A stretch of 64,000 bases of DNA from an uncultured cyanobacterium (GTDB lineage Bacteria; Cyanobacteriota; Cyanobacteriia; Cyanobacteriales; Nostocaceae). Location of the stretch: NCBI GenBank assembly GCA_963706595.1, contig OY970166.1, forward strand, positions 2,176,001 to 2,240,000, written 5' to 3'. The notes below the pieces were generated by a model. It did not search any database. It was not told the DNA's origin and saw only the letters and a list, made by a program, of their open reading frames with translations. Within the stretch, counting starts at the first letter, position 1. Every line of letters begins with the position of its first letter. A program made the position numbers and the translations under genes. Positions 1-10,362 of this stretch are shown piece after piece.

Positions 1-2
1 AA

Positions 3-1739
3 GAATACATTATTGGTAATAACTTAACCGCAGACATTAGCCTGGGAATACCTCTGCAAGAAGAACAAGTAATTAGTGTTTTATCAGAAGTATTAGAAAT
101 TTTGGGATTTGTACATAGTCGGGGAGTGATTCACCAGGATATTAAACCAGCAAATATCATTCGTCGAGAGTCAGATAAAAAGTTAGTGTTGGTGGACTTT
201 GGTGCTGTTCAGGAAATTGTGACTACTATTGTTGGTAATCTGGAATATGTGCCAGTGGAACAATTGCGCGGTGAACCCCAGTATAACAGTGATATCTACG
301 CTTTAGGAATAGTGGCGATCGCGGCACTGATCGGTTTACCATCTCAGAAAATCTCTAGACTACAACATCAAAAAAGTCTACTCACAGGCGAGATTATTTG
401 GCGGAACAAAAATATCACAGTCAGTAAAGAATTAGCCAAAATTATTGACAAAATGGTACGTTTTGACTATCGTCAGCGCTACCAATCTGTAACTGAAGTT
501 TTAAACGATTTACAGCAATTAAAAAGTCCTAAATATACTCAACAAAAACAGCTTCATCCACAACTTGGGTTAATTTTAGCTGGGATAGCTAGTTTTATCG
601 GGATTATGACAGCAACGTGGTGGTTACAATCCAGACAAACTGTAGTTACTGAAGTTAGTTTTGAGCAATTATATCAGGAGGGATTAAGAAAATATCAATC
701 AGGAGATTATCAAGCTGCAATTGAGGATTTTACTCAGGCGATCGCCCTTGATTCCCAAAATGCTTTGGCTTACAATAAACGAGGTGATGCTTTTTATCAG
801 CTAGGAGATTATGAGCAAGCAAAGGCAGATAGTAGTAAAGCAATTGAGTTAAATCCTCAAAATGCCAATGCTTACTATGATCGAGGATTTGCATTATATG
901 AATTAGGCAAATACAAAGAAGCAATTGCTGATTATACAAAAGCTATTGAATTAAATCCTGATAATGTTTACGCTTATTATGGACGAGGTTTAGCCCTGGT
1001 GAAGTTGCAGGAGAATAAAGAGGCTAATGCAGATTTTAGCACAGCTATCAGGCTGAAACCTGATTATATTGAAGCTTATTTAGAAAGGGGTATTTTGCGC
1101 CGTCGGCTGAAAATTTATAAAACAGCGATAGAGGATTTTGATGCTATAATTAAGATTAATCCTAATGATGCTAGACCTTATTATCAAAAAGGTTTAATTG
1201 CCGCTAGTAATAATCAAAAGTACGCCGCTATTAGTGAATATACAGAAGCAATTAATCGCAATCCAAATTATGCAGTAGCCTATCTCCGACGAGGGGATAT
1301 ACAGAGTGAATTGGGTTACAAATTAGAAGCTACTGAAGATTATAACACAGTTTTAAAACTGAATCCTAAATGGGGTGCTGGTTATAATCATCGAGGTATT
1401 CACCGTTTTTCCTTCGGAGATTATAAAGGCGCAATTGAAGATCATACTAAAGCCATTGAACTCAATTCTCAGGATGCGGCGGCTTTTAATAACCGTGGTA
1501 ATGCTAATTCGCAGTTGTGGTATCTTAAAGCTGCTAATGCAGATTACACTCAGGCGATCGCGATTAATTCTAAATACGGTTTAGCTTATTATAACAGAGC
1601 AGTGAATCGCGCGAAACAGAAAAATAAAAAAGGTGCGATCGCGGATTTTCAACAAGCTATAAAACTATTCCGAGAAAGTGGGGAAAGAAAAAGTCTTCAA
1701 GATGCACAGAAAGAACTTAATCTATTACTAAATAGGTGA
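3..1739 (+). CDS. Ser/Thr protein kinase domain + transmembrane helix + TPR repeats (5'-truncated by window)
   Basis: Frame is open from base 3 (EYIIGNNL...). HQDIKPANI and DFG kinase motifs, hydrophobic LGLILAGIASFIGIM, then many TPR units (AYxxRG...AIxDYxxAI). Confidence 0.9.
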   Translation, partial: EYIIGNNLTADISLGIPLQEEQVISVLSEVLEILGFVHSRGVIHQDIKPANIIRRESDKKLVLVDFGAVQEIVTTIVGNLEYVPVEQLRGEPQYNSDIYALGIVAIAALIGLPSQKISRLQHQKSLLTGEIIWRNKNITVSKELAKIIDKMVRFDYRQRYQSVTEVLNDLQQLKSPKYTQQKQLHPQLGLILAGIASFIGIMTATWWLQSRQTVVTEVSFEQLYQEGLRKYQSGDYQAAIEDFTQAIALDSQNALAYNKRGDAFYQLGDYEQAKADSSKAIELNPQNANAYYDRGFALYELGKYKEAIADYTKAIELNPDNVYAYYGRGLALVKLQENKEANADFSTAIRLKPDYIEAYLERGILRRRLKIYKTAIEDFDAIIKINPNDARPYYQKGLIAASNNQKYAAISEYTEAINRNPNYAVAYLRRGDIQSELGYKLEATEDYNTVLKLNPKWGAGYNHRGIHRFSFGDYKGAIEDHTKAIELNSQDAAAFNNRGNANSQLWYLKAANADYTQAIAINSKYGLAYYNRAVNRAKQKNKKGAIADFQQAIKLFRESGERKSLQDAQKELNLLLNR

Positions 1740-1744
1740 ATATA

Positions 1745-1788
1745 AGAACCCCACCCCCAACCCCCTCCCCGCAAGCGAGGAGGGGGCT
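1745..1788. repeat. Dispersed palindromic repeat, type A (CCCCTCCCCGCAAGCGAGGAGGGG core)
   Basis: Related copies at ~19598-19643 (reverse), ~41411-41450 and ~62265-62285 (half). Confidence 0.8.
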
Positions 1789-1808
1789 TTAAATTTGCAA
1801 ATATTTTT

Positions 1809-1881
1809 AACCTCACTCCGGTTTTAACTTGCGTGAAACTCTCCCCTCTCCTTACTAAGGAGAGGGGTTGGGGGTGAGGTT
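1809..1881. repeat. Dispersed palindromic repeat, type B (CCCCTCTCCTTACTAAGGAGAGGGG core)
   Basis: AACCTCAC...GTGAGGTT outer arms around an inner hairpin. Related halves at 50111-50128/52013-52030 and 63907-63935. Confidence 0.75.
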
Positions 1882-1987
1882 CTATATTTTATTAAAAGCG
1901 TAATTTCATAGGGATTAGTCATTTTTGTAACTTTATGGGGAATACTAAAATTAATATTCTTTGTCAAATGAAGGCAAATTTTCACGA

Positions 1988-2962
1988 ATGGACTGGAAAA
2001 CAATACTTAAAGCACAACAGACTGATTTTATCGCCAGACTAGAATCTGGTGATTTACTACATTGTGACAAAGAAGGAAAGCATAGTGAGTTAACTGTCAT
2101 CTCCGGTGAGAGGTTAAAGCAATTACGGGATTTTTGCTGGGAGATGGCTGAAAAATATAGACGAACTGCTTCAAATCCTATTCGTGATGTCTTCTTCAAC
2201 AACATGAAGGGAAAACTGGGTGAGGAAGTTGTCAAAATTCGGTTAGCTGACTTTGTAACTGAGGTTGACTATGAAAAACGCATTGGTGGAGATGGAAAAG
2301 TTGATTTTACCTTAACTTCTGACTCATCTGTTGGTATTCAGGTTAAAGCTCGTTATGGCGATTTTGATCAAATTCAATGGTCAATTAGCCGAGAAGAAAT
2401 TGAAAAAAATGCCGTTCTGGTTTGTATTTTAATTCAAGAGGAAGTGAGTGAAGCTCAGGCTGAATATAATCTTATTCTAGCGGGTTTTTTACCAACTGAT
2501 ATGATTACTTTGACTGGTGATAAAGCTTCAGTGGGAATAAATGAATTGCTTTATGCTGGAGGGTTACGTGGCTATTTAGATAGTTTAATATCATCCAAAT
2601 TTGATAAATATATTGATTTGGCTAAAAAATGCTTTAATAAAGAAGATTATGAAGGTGAGATCGCTCATTATAATCAAGCGTTAGAAATAAACCCAAAGAA
2701 TGCTGGTGCTTACAATAACCGGGGGAATGCTCGCTCTGAATTAGGAGATAACCAAGGTGCAATTGATGATTATACTGAAGCTATCAAAATTGACCCCAAT
2801 TGTGCTGATGCTTACTATAACCGGGGGCTTTCTCACTCTATCTTAAAATCCAGACAATCTGCAAATAAAGATTTTAGAACTGCCGCAAATTTATATAAAA
2901 AATCAGGAGATGAAACATCTTATCAAGATGCTATGAAAGAAATTAGAAAGATTATATTATAA
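1988..2962 (+). CDS. PD-(D/E)xK nuclease-like domain fused to TPR repeats
   Basis: KGKLGEEVV...GGDGKVDF...IQVK pattern, then C-terminal TPRs. ATG at 1988 preferred over TTG at 1961. Confidence 0.7.
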   Translation: MDWKTILKAQQTDFIARLESGDLLHCDKEGKHSELTVISGERLKQLRDFCWEMAEKYRRTASNPIRDVFFNNMKGKLGEEVVKIRLADFVTEVDYEKRIGGDGKVDFTLTSDSSVGIQVKARYGDFDQIQWSISREEIEKNAVLVCILIQEEVSEAQAEYNLILAGFLPTDMITLTGDKASVGINELLYAGGLRGYLDSLISSKFDKYIDLAKKCFNKEDYEGEIAHYNQALEINPKNAGAYNNRGNARSELGDNQGAIDDYTEAIKIDPNCADAYYNRGLSHSILKSRQSANKDFRTAANLYKKSGDETSYQDAMKEIRKIIL

Positions 2963-2994
2963 GTACCTGATATCACTTTTAACTAATAACCCAA

Positions 2995-3027
2995 AGATCC
3001 CCGACTTCTTGAAGAAGTCGGGGATCT
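2995..3027. terminator. Perfect 16-bp inverted repeat between convergent genes
   Basis: AGATCCCCGACTTCTT-G-AAGAAGTCGGGGATCT; a repeat-type hairpin and probable bidirectional terminator. Confidence 0.6.
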
Positions 3028-3135
3028 GATCCTCTCGCTATTTGTAAAAGTCATTTTTTTAAACGAACCGCCAAGTACGCAAAGTACGCAAAGTACACAA
3101 AGAGAAGAAAAATCAGAAACAATAACTAATCATCA

Positions 3136-3882
3136 TTACTCTAAATCAGGTTCTACACCCAAAGCCCGCAATTGTTCAATCAACCGTTCTTTTTGCCGTC
3201 TTTCCTGTTCTGTGCGTTCCCTTTCCGCTTCCGTCGGAGTCAAAACCCAATTACCTGTACTATCATACCAACGTAACCAAGGCTGCTGAATATTGTGATA
3301 ACTTCCTTCCCAAACACCCAAACCTAACTCAATTTCTGGAATCCAAAAACGGGAATCTGATAAAATAACTTCCGCATAACGACCACCATCTAATTTAAAC
3401 ATTTTAAATTCATATTTATAACGGTCAAAAATAGCATAATAAGGAATCCTTAAAATCTTCTCGTATACTTCCCATTTTGTCGGCGGTTTTGCCACATCTC
3501 GCAAAGTCTGTCCTAAATCTTCCTTCTCAGTTCCAGGTGAGAGTAATTCCACAATAATAAATGGACTAATTCCCTCTTGCCAAACCACATAACTCAGACG
3601 TAAATCACCATTTTTATAAAGCGGCGAAACATCCACAGCCACAAACCAATCTGGTCTTTTGTACCATGTCGGATGATGGGGGTCATAATAAAGATTCATA
3701 TCACTAGCAGTAAATATCTTGTCGCTAGGATAACTAGGCGAGTTAAAACTTTCGTCTAACAAACGCGGTTGTAATAAATGAAAATGATCAGGTAAACCAG
3801 GTTCCTCTGGATCTTCACTCATGAGATCATACATAGTGGGTAAAACTTCTTCGGGAGAAAGGGGTGGATCAGTTTGATACAT
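3136..3882 (-). CDS. Uma2 family (putative restriction endonuclease fold) protein
   Basis: RPDWFVA, IIVELLSPGT, KWEVYEKILRIPYY motifs and a C-terminal coiled coil, typical of cyanobacterial Uma2. Confidence 0.9.
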   Translation of the reverse strand: MYQTDPPLSPEEVLPTMYDLMSEDPEEPGLPDHFHLLQPRLLDESFNSPSYPSDKIFTASDMNLYYDPHHPTWYKRPDWFVAVDVSPLYKNGDLRLSYVVWQEGISPFIIVELLSPGTEKEDLGQTLRDVAKPPTKWEVYEKILRIPYYAIFDRYKYEFKMFKLDGGRYAEVILSDSRFWIPEIELGLGVWEGSYHNIQQPWLRWYDSTGNWVLTPTEAERERTEQERRQKERLIEQLRALGVEPDLE

Positions 3883-4038
3883 TAGAGAACACTACTGTAT
3901 AACTCCTCCCTCCATTATGACTTTCTCCGCGTCCTTGGCGGCTTGGCGGTTCGATAAAATTCTTCTACCCTGTTGCGAAACCTTAATTAATTGATACACT
4001 TGTTCTTCATTAGCCATCAGCCCAGTTAAACAGCGCCT

Positions 4039-7000
4039 ATGGTACACGTTAAGCGCGTGGAACTTACCAACTTCAAATCCTTCGGTGGTACTACCTCAGT
4101 CCCTCTACTACCGGGGTTTACTGTCATTTCTGGGCCAAATGGTTCGGGTAAATCTAATATTCTCGATGCTTTGCTGTTTTGCTTGGGACTTTCTAGTTCT
4201 AAGGGTATGCGGGCGGATAGATTACCGGATTTGGTAAATAATAATCAAACTTCTAGGGGACGGGCTTCGATTGAGGCTAGTGTGACGGTGACTTTTGATT
4301 TGTCGGGGGAGGATGTGTCACGCAGAGGCGTAGAGGCGCGGAGAGAAGAGGAGGAGGATGTCTCACGCAAAGGCGCAGAGGCGCAAAGTGAGGAAGAAAA
4401 TGAAGAAATTCCCCACTCCCCACTCCCTACTCCCCACTCCCCTCTTGAATGGAGTGTGACTCGGCGGTTGCGGGTGACTCATCACGGGAGTTATACGTCG
4501 AATTATTATATGAATGGTGTAGCTTGTACTCTGACTGAGTTACATGAGGAGTTGAATAATCTCCGCATTTATCCAGAGGGGTATAATGTTGTGCTGCAAG
4601 GGGATGTTACTAGCATTATCTCGATGAATGCTAAGGAACGTCGGGAAATTATTGATGAGTTGGCTGGGGTTTCGGCTTACGATCGCAAGATTATTCAAGC
4701 GAAGAAAACTCTGGATGAGGTGAAGGATAAGGAAGATAGTTGTCGGATTATTGAGACTGAGTTGACTACTCAGCGCGATCGCTTGTCTCAGGATCGGGCG
4801 AAGGCGGAAAAGTATCAAAAACTACGCACGGAATTTTTGGCTAAACAGTCTTGGGAGGCGGTTCTCTCTTGGCGATCGCTTCAAGCACAACAAGAAAAGT
4901 TAATTGGGGAAATTCAAGCAGGCGATCGCACTTCTACTGAATTAAATTCTCAACTCACAGCCCTCAATTCCCAAATTTCTCAGAAAAGCGCTGAATTAGA
5001 AGAACTCAATGCCCGTGTCAAGGCTTTGGGTGAAGAGGAACTTTTGGCGGTACAATCTACTCTGGCGACTCAAGAAGCAGAACGGAAACAACTCCAACGC
5101 CGACAAGCTGAGTTAAATACGGCTATTCAGGAAACTGTGAAGCGGTTAGCGCAAACTCAGCAGGAAGTTACACAGTATCAGCGTTCTTTGGCGGAATTTG
5201 CCCAAACTCAGGTTGTCGAACAGCAATCTATTCTCTCCTGTCAGCAACAACGGGATGAAGCCCAACAAGCTTTAGATGCTTCTCGCGCCGCAGCAGCAGA
5301 AATCGCCACCGCTTCGGAAGCTTGGGTACAGCAACAAACGGCTTACAATCGTCAAATTGAAGCTTTACTGCAAACTCTCGAACCCCAGCGCACTGAACAA
5401 GCCCAACTCAGGGAACGCCATGATCAGTTACAGCAGTTAATTACAGAACAAACTCAGCTAATTGCGACTTTAGAACCAGAATTAGCCGCTAAGGAAACTG
5501 AATGTAATCGGGTGGAAACGGAGTTTAACGCTTCTAGTGAACCCATCCAAAATTTAGCCGAAAATCTCTCAGCGACAGAACAAGAATTACAAATCCAACA
5601 GGAAACCCAAAAGCGACTTCTGCAAGAACAACGGGAAAAACAACGCCAGTTGGATAAAATTGAGGCGCAAGCCCAAGCCCAACAGGAGGTACAAGGAACC
5701 CAAGCAAGTAAAGTTATATTACAATCTGGATTGCCGGGGCTTTGCGGTTTGGTTGTTCAATTAGGTAAGGTGGATTCTCGCTATCAGTTAGCTTTGGAAA
5801 TCGCTGCTGGTGGGCGTTTAGGGCATATTGTGGTAGAAGATGACAGTGTAGCCGCAGCCGGTATTGAATTACTGAAACAAAAACGCGGTGGTAGGGCGAC
5901 TTTTTTACCTTTAACTAAGATTAAAGCTAGTAAGTTTACGCAGGATGCTACTTTGCGTTATGCCAATGGTTTTGTTGACTATGCGGTGAATTTAGTGGAG
6001 TGCGATCGCCGTTATCAAGATGTTTTTAGTTATGTATTCGGTAATACTGTAGTTTTTACAAATATTCAACAGGCGCGCCCCAATATCGGACTGTATCGCA
6101 TTGTCACTTTAGATGGGGAATTGTTAGAAACTAGCGGCGCGATGACTGGGGGAAGTAGTAATCAGCGTTCCTCGTTGCGGTTTGGGAAAGGAGAATCGGC
6201 GGAATCTCAGGAAGTTGTGGCTTTAAAGAGTCGCTTGGCAGATATTGAACGAATTATTGAACGTTGTACCGAGGCGATCGCTACTTTAGCAGCCAGAACC
6301 AAAGAACTTACCCAAGCCCTCACAGAAGCCAGACAGGGGCGACGAGAACAGCAGTTACAGTTGTCACAACTGCAAAAGGATATTCAGGGTTTAACAGCCC
6401 AATTAGAGGGGACGCAATCGCAACTTACCCAAAACAGCGAAAAAATCACCGTCGCCCAATCCCGGTTGTCAGTTTTGGATCGGGAATTACCAGGACAGGA
6501 AACTGAACTGCAACAATTGCGACAAGCTTTAGCCGAGTTGGAAGACTCTCAAACCCCTAGTGAATGGCAAGAAATCCAAGTAACTATTAAAAGCCAAGAG
6601 CAACAATTGCAACAACGAGAGGGAGAATTAAGGGATGCCCAGCAAAGATTAAAAAATTTGGAAATTCAGCAATTGCGATCGCAAGAGAAAATCCAAGAAG
6701 CTGAAACCAAGATTCACCAATATCACGAACAGCAAAATAGCCAACAAAATCAACTCAACACCCTGCAAAATCAGCATTCTGAACTCAACAATCAAATTAG
6801 CGAAATCCAGGCGAAGCTGAGTCAAATGGAGCAGAATCTGGGGGCAGAAAAACAAAAACGTGACGCAACAGAACAGGAAGTGCGATCGCAACTTCTCAAA
6901 CAACAACAACTGCAATGGGAAATTCAAAAACTCCAAGAAACCCAAACAAAGCGGCGAGAAGATTTGACAGCCTTGCAAAACCAACTGCGAGAAACTGGCG

Positions 7001-7692
7001 CAGAATTACCCAATCCTCTGCCAGAAGTCCCCGATAAAGTCGATTTAGAGGAATTGCAAAAAGAACTACGCAGCCTAGCCAAACGCTTACAGGCGATGGA
7101 ACCCGTGAATATGTTGGCTTTGGAAGAATACGAACGCACCAACAACCGTCTTCAGGAACTAACAGAAAAATTGCAAACCCTAGAAGGGGAACGCACCGAA
7201 TTACTTTTACGCATTGAAAACTTTACCACCTTGCGGCAAAGGGCTTTTACAGAAGCCTTTGATGCTGTGAACGAAAACTTTCAATCGATTTTCGCCATAC
7301 TTTCCGACGGTGACGGCTATTTACAATTAGAAAATCCTGAAGATATTTTTAACAGTGGACTAAATTTAGTCGCCCACCCCAAAGGTAAACCAGTCCAGCG
7401 TTTAGCTTCCATGTCCGGCGGTGAAAAATCCCTCACAGCCTTAAGTTTTATCTTCGCCCTGCAACGCTACCGTCCCTCGCCATTTTACGCCTTTGACGAA
7501 GTAGATATGTTTTTAGATGGGGCAAACGTCGAGCGATTATCTAGAATGATTAAACAAGAAGCCCAACAAGCGCAATTTATAGTTGTGAGTTTGCGTCGTC
7601 CGATGATAGAATCAGCCGAGCGCACCATTGGCGTAACTCAAGCACGAGGAGCTTATACTCAAGTTTTGGGTATTAAATTAAAATCATCTTAA
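4039..7692 (+). CDS. smc: Chromosome segregation protein SMC
   Basis: Walker A GPNGSGKSN, hinge GRATFLPL, signature MSGGEKS, Walker B FDEVD, long coiled coils. Confidence 0.98.
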   Translation: MVHVKRVELTNFKSFGGTTSVPLLPGFTVISGPNGSGKSNILDALLFCLGLSSSKGMRADRLPDLVNNNQTSRGRASIEASVTVTFDLSGEDVSRRGVEARREEEEDVSRKGAEAQSEEENEEIPHSPLPTPHSPLEWSVTRRLRVTHHGSYTSNYYMNGVACTLTELHEELNNLRIYPEGYNVVLQGDVTSIISMNAKERREIIDELAGVSAYDRKIIQAKKTLDEVKDKEDSCRIIETELTTQRDRLSQDRAKAEKYQKLRTEFLAKQSWEAVLSWRSLQAQQEKLIGEIQAGDRTSTELNSQLTALNSQISQKSAELEELNARVKALGEEELLAVQSTLATQEAERKQLQRRQAELNTAIQETVKRLAQTQQEVTQYQRSLAEFAQTQVVEQQSILSCQQQRDEAQQALDASRAAAAEIATASEAWVQQQTAYNRQIEALLQTLEPQRTEQAQLRERHDQLQQLITEQTQLIATLEPELAAKETECNRVETEFNASSEPIQNLAENLSATEQELQIQQETQKRLLQEQREKQRQLDKIEAQAQAQQEVQGTQASKVILQSGLPGLCGLVVQLGKVDSRYQLALEIAAGGRLGHIVVEDDSVAAAGIELLKQKRGGRATFLPLTKIKASKFTQDATLRYANGFVDYAVNLVECDRRYQDVFSYVFGNTVVFTNIQQARPNIGLYRIVTLDGELLETSGAMTGGSSNQRSSLRFGKGESAESQEVVALKSRLADIERIIERCTEAIATLAARTKELTQALTEARQGRREQQLQLSQLQKDIQGLTAQLEGTQSQLTQNSEKITVAQSRLSVLDRELPGQETELQQLRQALAELEDSQTPSEWQEIQVTIKSQEQQLQQREGELRDAQQRLKNLEIQQLRSQEKIQEAETKIHQYHEQQNSQQNQLNTLQNQHSELNNQISEIQAKLSQMEQNLGAEKQKRDATEQEVRSQLLKQQQLQWEIQKLQETQTKRREDLTALQNQLRETGAELPNPLPEVPDKVDLEELQKELRSLAKRLQAMEPVNMLALEEYERTNNRLQELTEKLQTLEGERTELLLRIENFTTLRQRAFTEAFDAVNENFQSIFAILSDGDGYLQLENPEDIFNSGLNLVAHPKGKPVQRLASMSGGEKSLTALSFIFALQRYRPSPFYAFDEVDMFLDGANVERLSRMIKQEAQQAQFIVVSLRRPMIESAERTIGVTQARGAYTQVLGIKLKSS
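7472..7688 (+). repeat. Left copy of smc 3'-end direct repeat (island boundary)
   Basis: Near-identical to 17290-17486. Confidence 0.95.
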
Positions 7693-7796
7693 TAAAGCAT
7701 TAATAAAAAATAATTTTTTGTGTTCTGGATAAATGAGAAGTAAATTTTAACATAGCTCACGATTATATAAGAGAATATTGCCTAAGTGTCAGTAAA

Positions 7797-8675
7797 CTAA
7801 ATATCTTGCAATTTAGTTTTAAAAAATCCCAAAATATTAGCTAATTGTGAGATAAATAATAAGCCAAAAATAAATATTTTGGATGGTTGCTGATATTTTT
7901 TTACAAATGGATAAGTTAGTAGTTGAAAATAAAAGCGCAATGGTTCAACTTTCAAGGATGTTTGATTACGGCGAAAACGAATTTGATGAAAGTAAAATGC
8001 ACCACAACCGTAATTAAAATGTTGTCGCCAAAATCTCGATAAACTGAGATGATGGGAATGATATATTATGGCTTGAGGAACATAATATAAAAAATACCCG
8101 GAAAATAGCCAGCGATCGCAAAATTCCCGATCTTCTCCCGCAGCTAAAGGAAAAGTAATATCAAACTGTCCTACTTGGTTAAATAATTCTCTAGAAACCG
8201 CAAAGTTATTAGAAGCGAAAAACTGAGCTTGACCAGAATCTATATTGTAATATTCGTAGATATAATCAATAAGTAATTGACTAGCTGTGGAGTAAAGGTT
8301 ATCTGGCAGAGCGTTGATGGTTTTTCCCCCTAAAAGAGCATTTGGAGTCTCCAAGAAGCCATTTTCGAGGGCTAATAGCCAATTTGGTTCAGGGGTGCAA
8401 TCATCATCAGTAAATGCTAAATATTGACCTTTGGCTGCGTTAGCACCTGTATTTCTCGCTGTAGCTGGTCCAGCATTAGCTTGTCGAATTAAATTGAGTT
8501 CCATCTCGTTATCATAAGATTTCACTAGCACATCAAGAGGGCGATCGCTACCATCATCGACAATAATAACCTCAAAGCGATCGCGTGGGTAATTGAGACG
8601 AGTTATGGAATCTAAGCAAGTCTTTAATCTTTCAGGACGATTATAGGTAGGGATGATAATTGAAAAAGTTAGCAT
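7797..8675 (-). CDS. Glycosyltransferase family 2
   Basis: SIIIPTYNR, VDDGS, FTDDD, GEDRE. Confidence 0.93.
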   Translation of the reverse strand: MLTFSIIIPTYNRPERLKTCLDSITRLNYPRDRFEVIIVDDGSDRPLDVLVKSYDNEMELNLIRQANAGPATARNTGANAAKGQYLAFTDDDCTPEPNWLLALENGFLETPNALLGGKTINALPDNLYSTASQLLIDYIYEYYNIDSGQAQFFASNNFAVSRELFNQVGQFDITFPLAAGEDREFCDRWLFSGYFLYYVPQAIIYHSHHLSLSRFWRQHFNYGCGAFYFHQIRFRRNQTSLKVEPLRFYFQLLTYPFVKKYQQPSKIFIFGLLFISQLANILGFFKTKLQDI

Positions 8676-8695
8676 CGCTATGGTTGTAATACGTT

Positions 8696-10159
8696 TTATT
8701 GGGAGTTGGTTTTAGGAGAAGATCGTAATAAGGCAACTAGGGTAAAAATATGGGAAAATAATTCAGGAAAAAGCAGTTTTATGGAGAGAGTATACACAAT
8801 AAATCCGATGATAGAGCAAATGATTAAACTGAGTTGAAGACTAAGAATAGGCGTGAGAGATTGTTGAATGATAAAGATAACTGAAACCATGATCATTGTA
8901 CTGATAACAGGGGCTAAAAATTGAGATAAATAGGTTTTCCAAGACAGAGAAATTAATTTGCCTAAAAACCATTGTCCTAAAGGAAAAACCAGATAATCAC
9001 TAATGACATAAGCACCCGCAACGGCTAAGATTCCCCACTGCACAGCTATCAAACAAGCAAGAACATTAACAATAGCATTCAGCAAGCCTAATTTCATCTG
9101 TATTGAAGGTTGACCCATTGCGACAAAAGCAGAGCGTTGAAAAAAAGAAACGGCTCGAAGAATTCCCGTTAAGGGAAGAATTTGTAGTATGGGAATTGCA
9201 CTTCTCCATTGTTCACCAAATAGGGTTATTACTAATTGTGGACTGAGAATAATAATCGCAGAAAAGACGGGAAACGCAATTAAACTGGTAAATTGAGTAG
9301 CTCGATAAAAAGCAGATAGAAACTGTTTGGGTTCATCTTGTAAGCGAGAAAAAGTGGGTAAAGCAACTTGATTTAAAGTTCCAATCAATAATTGAGTTAG
9401 AACTTGTAAAATTCGATGGGAAATTGCATAATAGCCTAATGCCACTTCTCCTAAAAAATAACCAATTAATAAATTATCTGTCCTTTGATTAAAAAATTCT
9501 AATAATTTATATCCTAAGAGATTAAGACTAAACCTATATAATTGGGATAAGGCTTGCCAAGAAAATTGGAATTTAGGTCGCCATGTACTAGCTGTCCATA
9601 AAACAATGACACCTATGATTTCATAGGTTAACTGTTGTCCCACTAAACTCCAAACTCCATAACCCCAAAAAGCCATTAAAATTCCCACTATTCCAGCAAT
9701 GAGAATGCCTAATAAAGAACGAGTAGCCATGACTTTAAATTTAAATTCACGTTTCAATAAAGTCACTTGAGTTTGGCTAAATGAGGCGATAATAAACAGT
9801 ATAGAAAGAACTTGAACAATCAGATTTAAACGAGGTTGATTAAAGGTAAAAGCAATGAGATTAGCACTACTCAACGTGATAGTTGTTAGCAAAAAACCTA
9901 CAAAAACTTGTGTCCAAAAAGCAGTATTGATATCTTGTTCTTCTAAGTTCTGTTTTTGAATTAAAGCATGAGCAAAACCTTGATTCAAGAAGATTTGCAT
10001 AAAGTTAATAAAAACATTAGCTAATGCTACTAGACCGAAGGATTCTGGGGTTAATAAACGAGCTAAAATTAAAAAGACAATAAATGAGCCAGCTTGACTT
10101 CCCCAATTTTGAATCCCCGACCAAAAAACTCCCTGAATAGTTTTGCTTTTAATGTTCAT
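8696..10159 (-). CDS. Wzx-type polysaccharide flippase (MOP/PST family)
   Basis: LARLLTPESFGLVA, LFGEQW, multiple TM helices. Confidence 0.92.
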   Translation of the reverse strand: MNIKSKTIQGVFWSGIQNWGSQAGSFIVFLILARLLTPESFGLVALANVFINFMQIFLNQGFAHALIQKQNLEEQDINTAFWTQVFVGFLLTTITLSSANLIAFTFNQPRLNLIVQVLSILFIIASFSQTQVTLLKREFKFKVMATRSLLGILIAGIVGILMAFWGYGVWSLVGQQLTYEIIGVIVLWTASTWRPKFQFSWQALSQLYRFSLNLLGYKLLEFFNQRTDNLLIGYFLGEVALGYYAISHRILQVLTQLLIGTLNQVALPTFSRLQDEPKQFLSAFYRATQFTSLIAFPVFSAIIILSPQLVITLFGEQWRSAIPILQILPLTGILRAVSFFQRSAFVAMGQPSIQMKLGLLNAIVNVLACLIAVQWGILAVAGAYVISDYLVFPLGQWFLGKLISLSWKTYLSQFLAPVISTMIMVSVIFIIQQSLTPILSLQLSLIICSIIGFIVYTLSIKLLFPELFSHIFTLVALLRSSPKTNSQ

Positions 10160-10362
10160 TTGAGGTTTTTAACTATCATAAGTGTAACCTGATAGGAATG
10201 AATAACGTTAGCTTAATTCAGTAAATTTTATAAGGGACAGTTTCAGATAGACCATTCCTTGAAATATTGCCCTGTAAATTTGCATAGTTTAAAACTAGAT
10301 GGACGGTGAAGAAATTTATTCATTTTAATCGTTAATTAATCAGTTATTTGTAAGTGTAAAAT

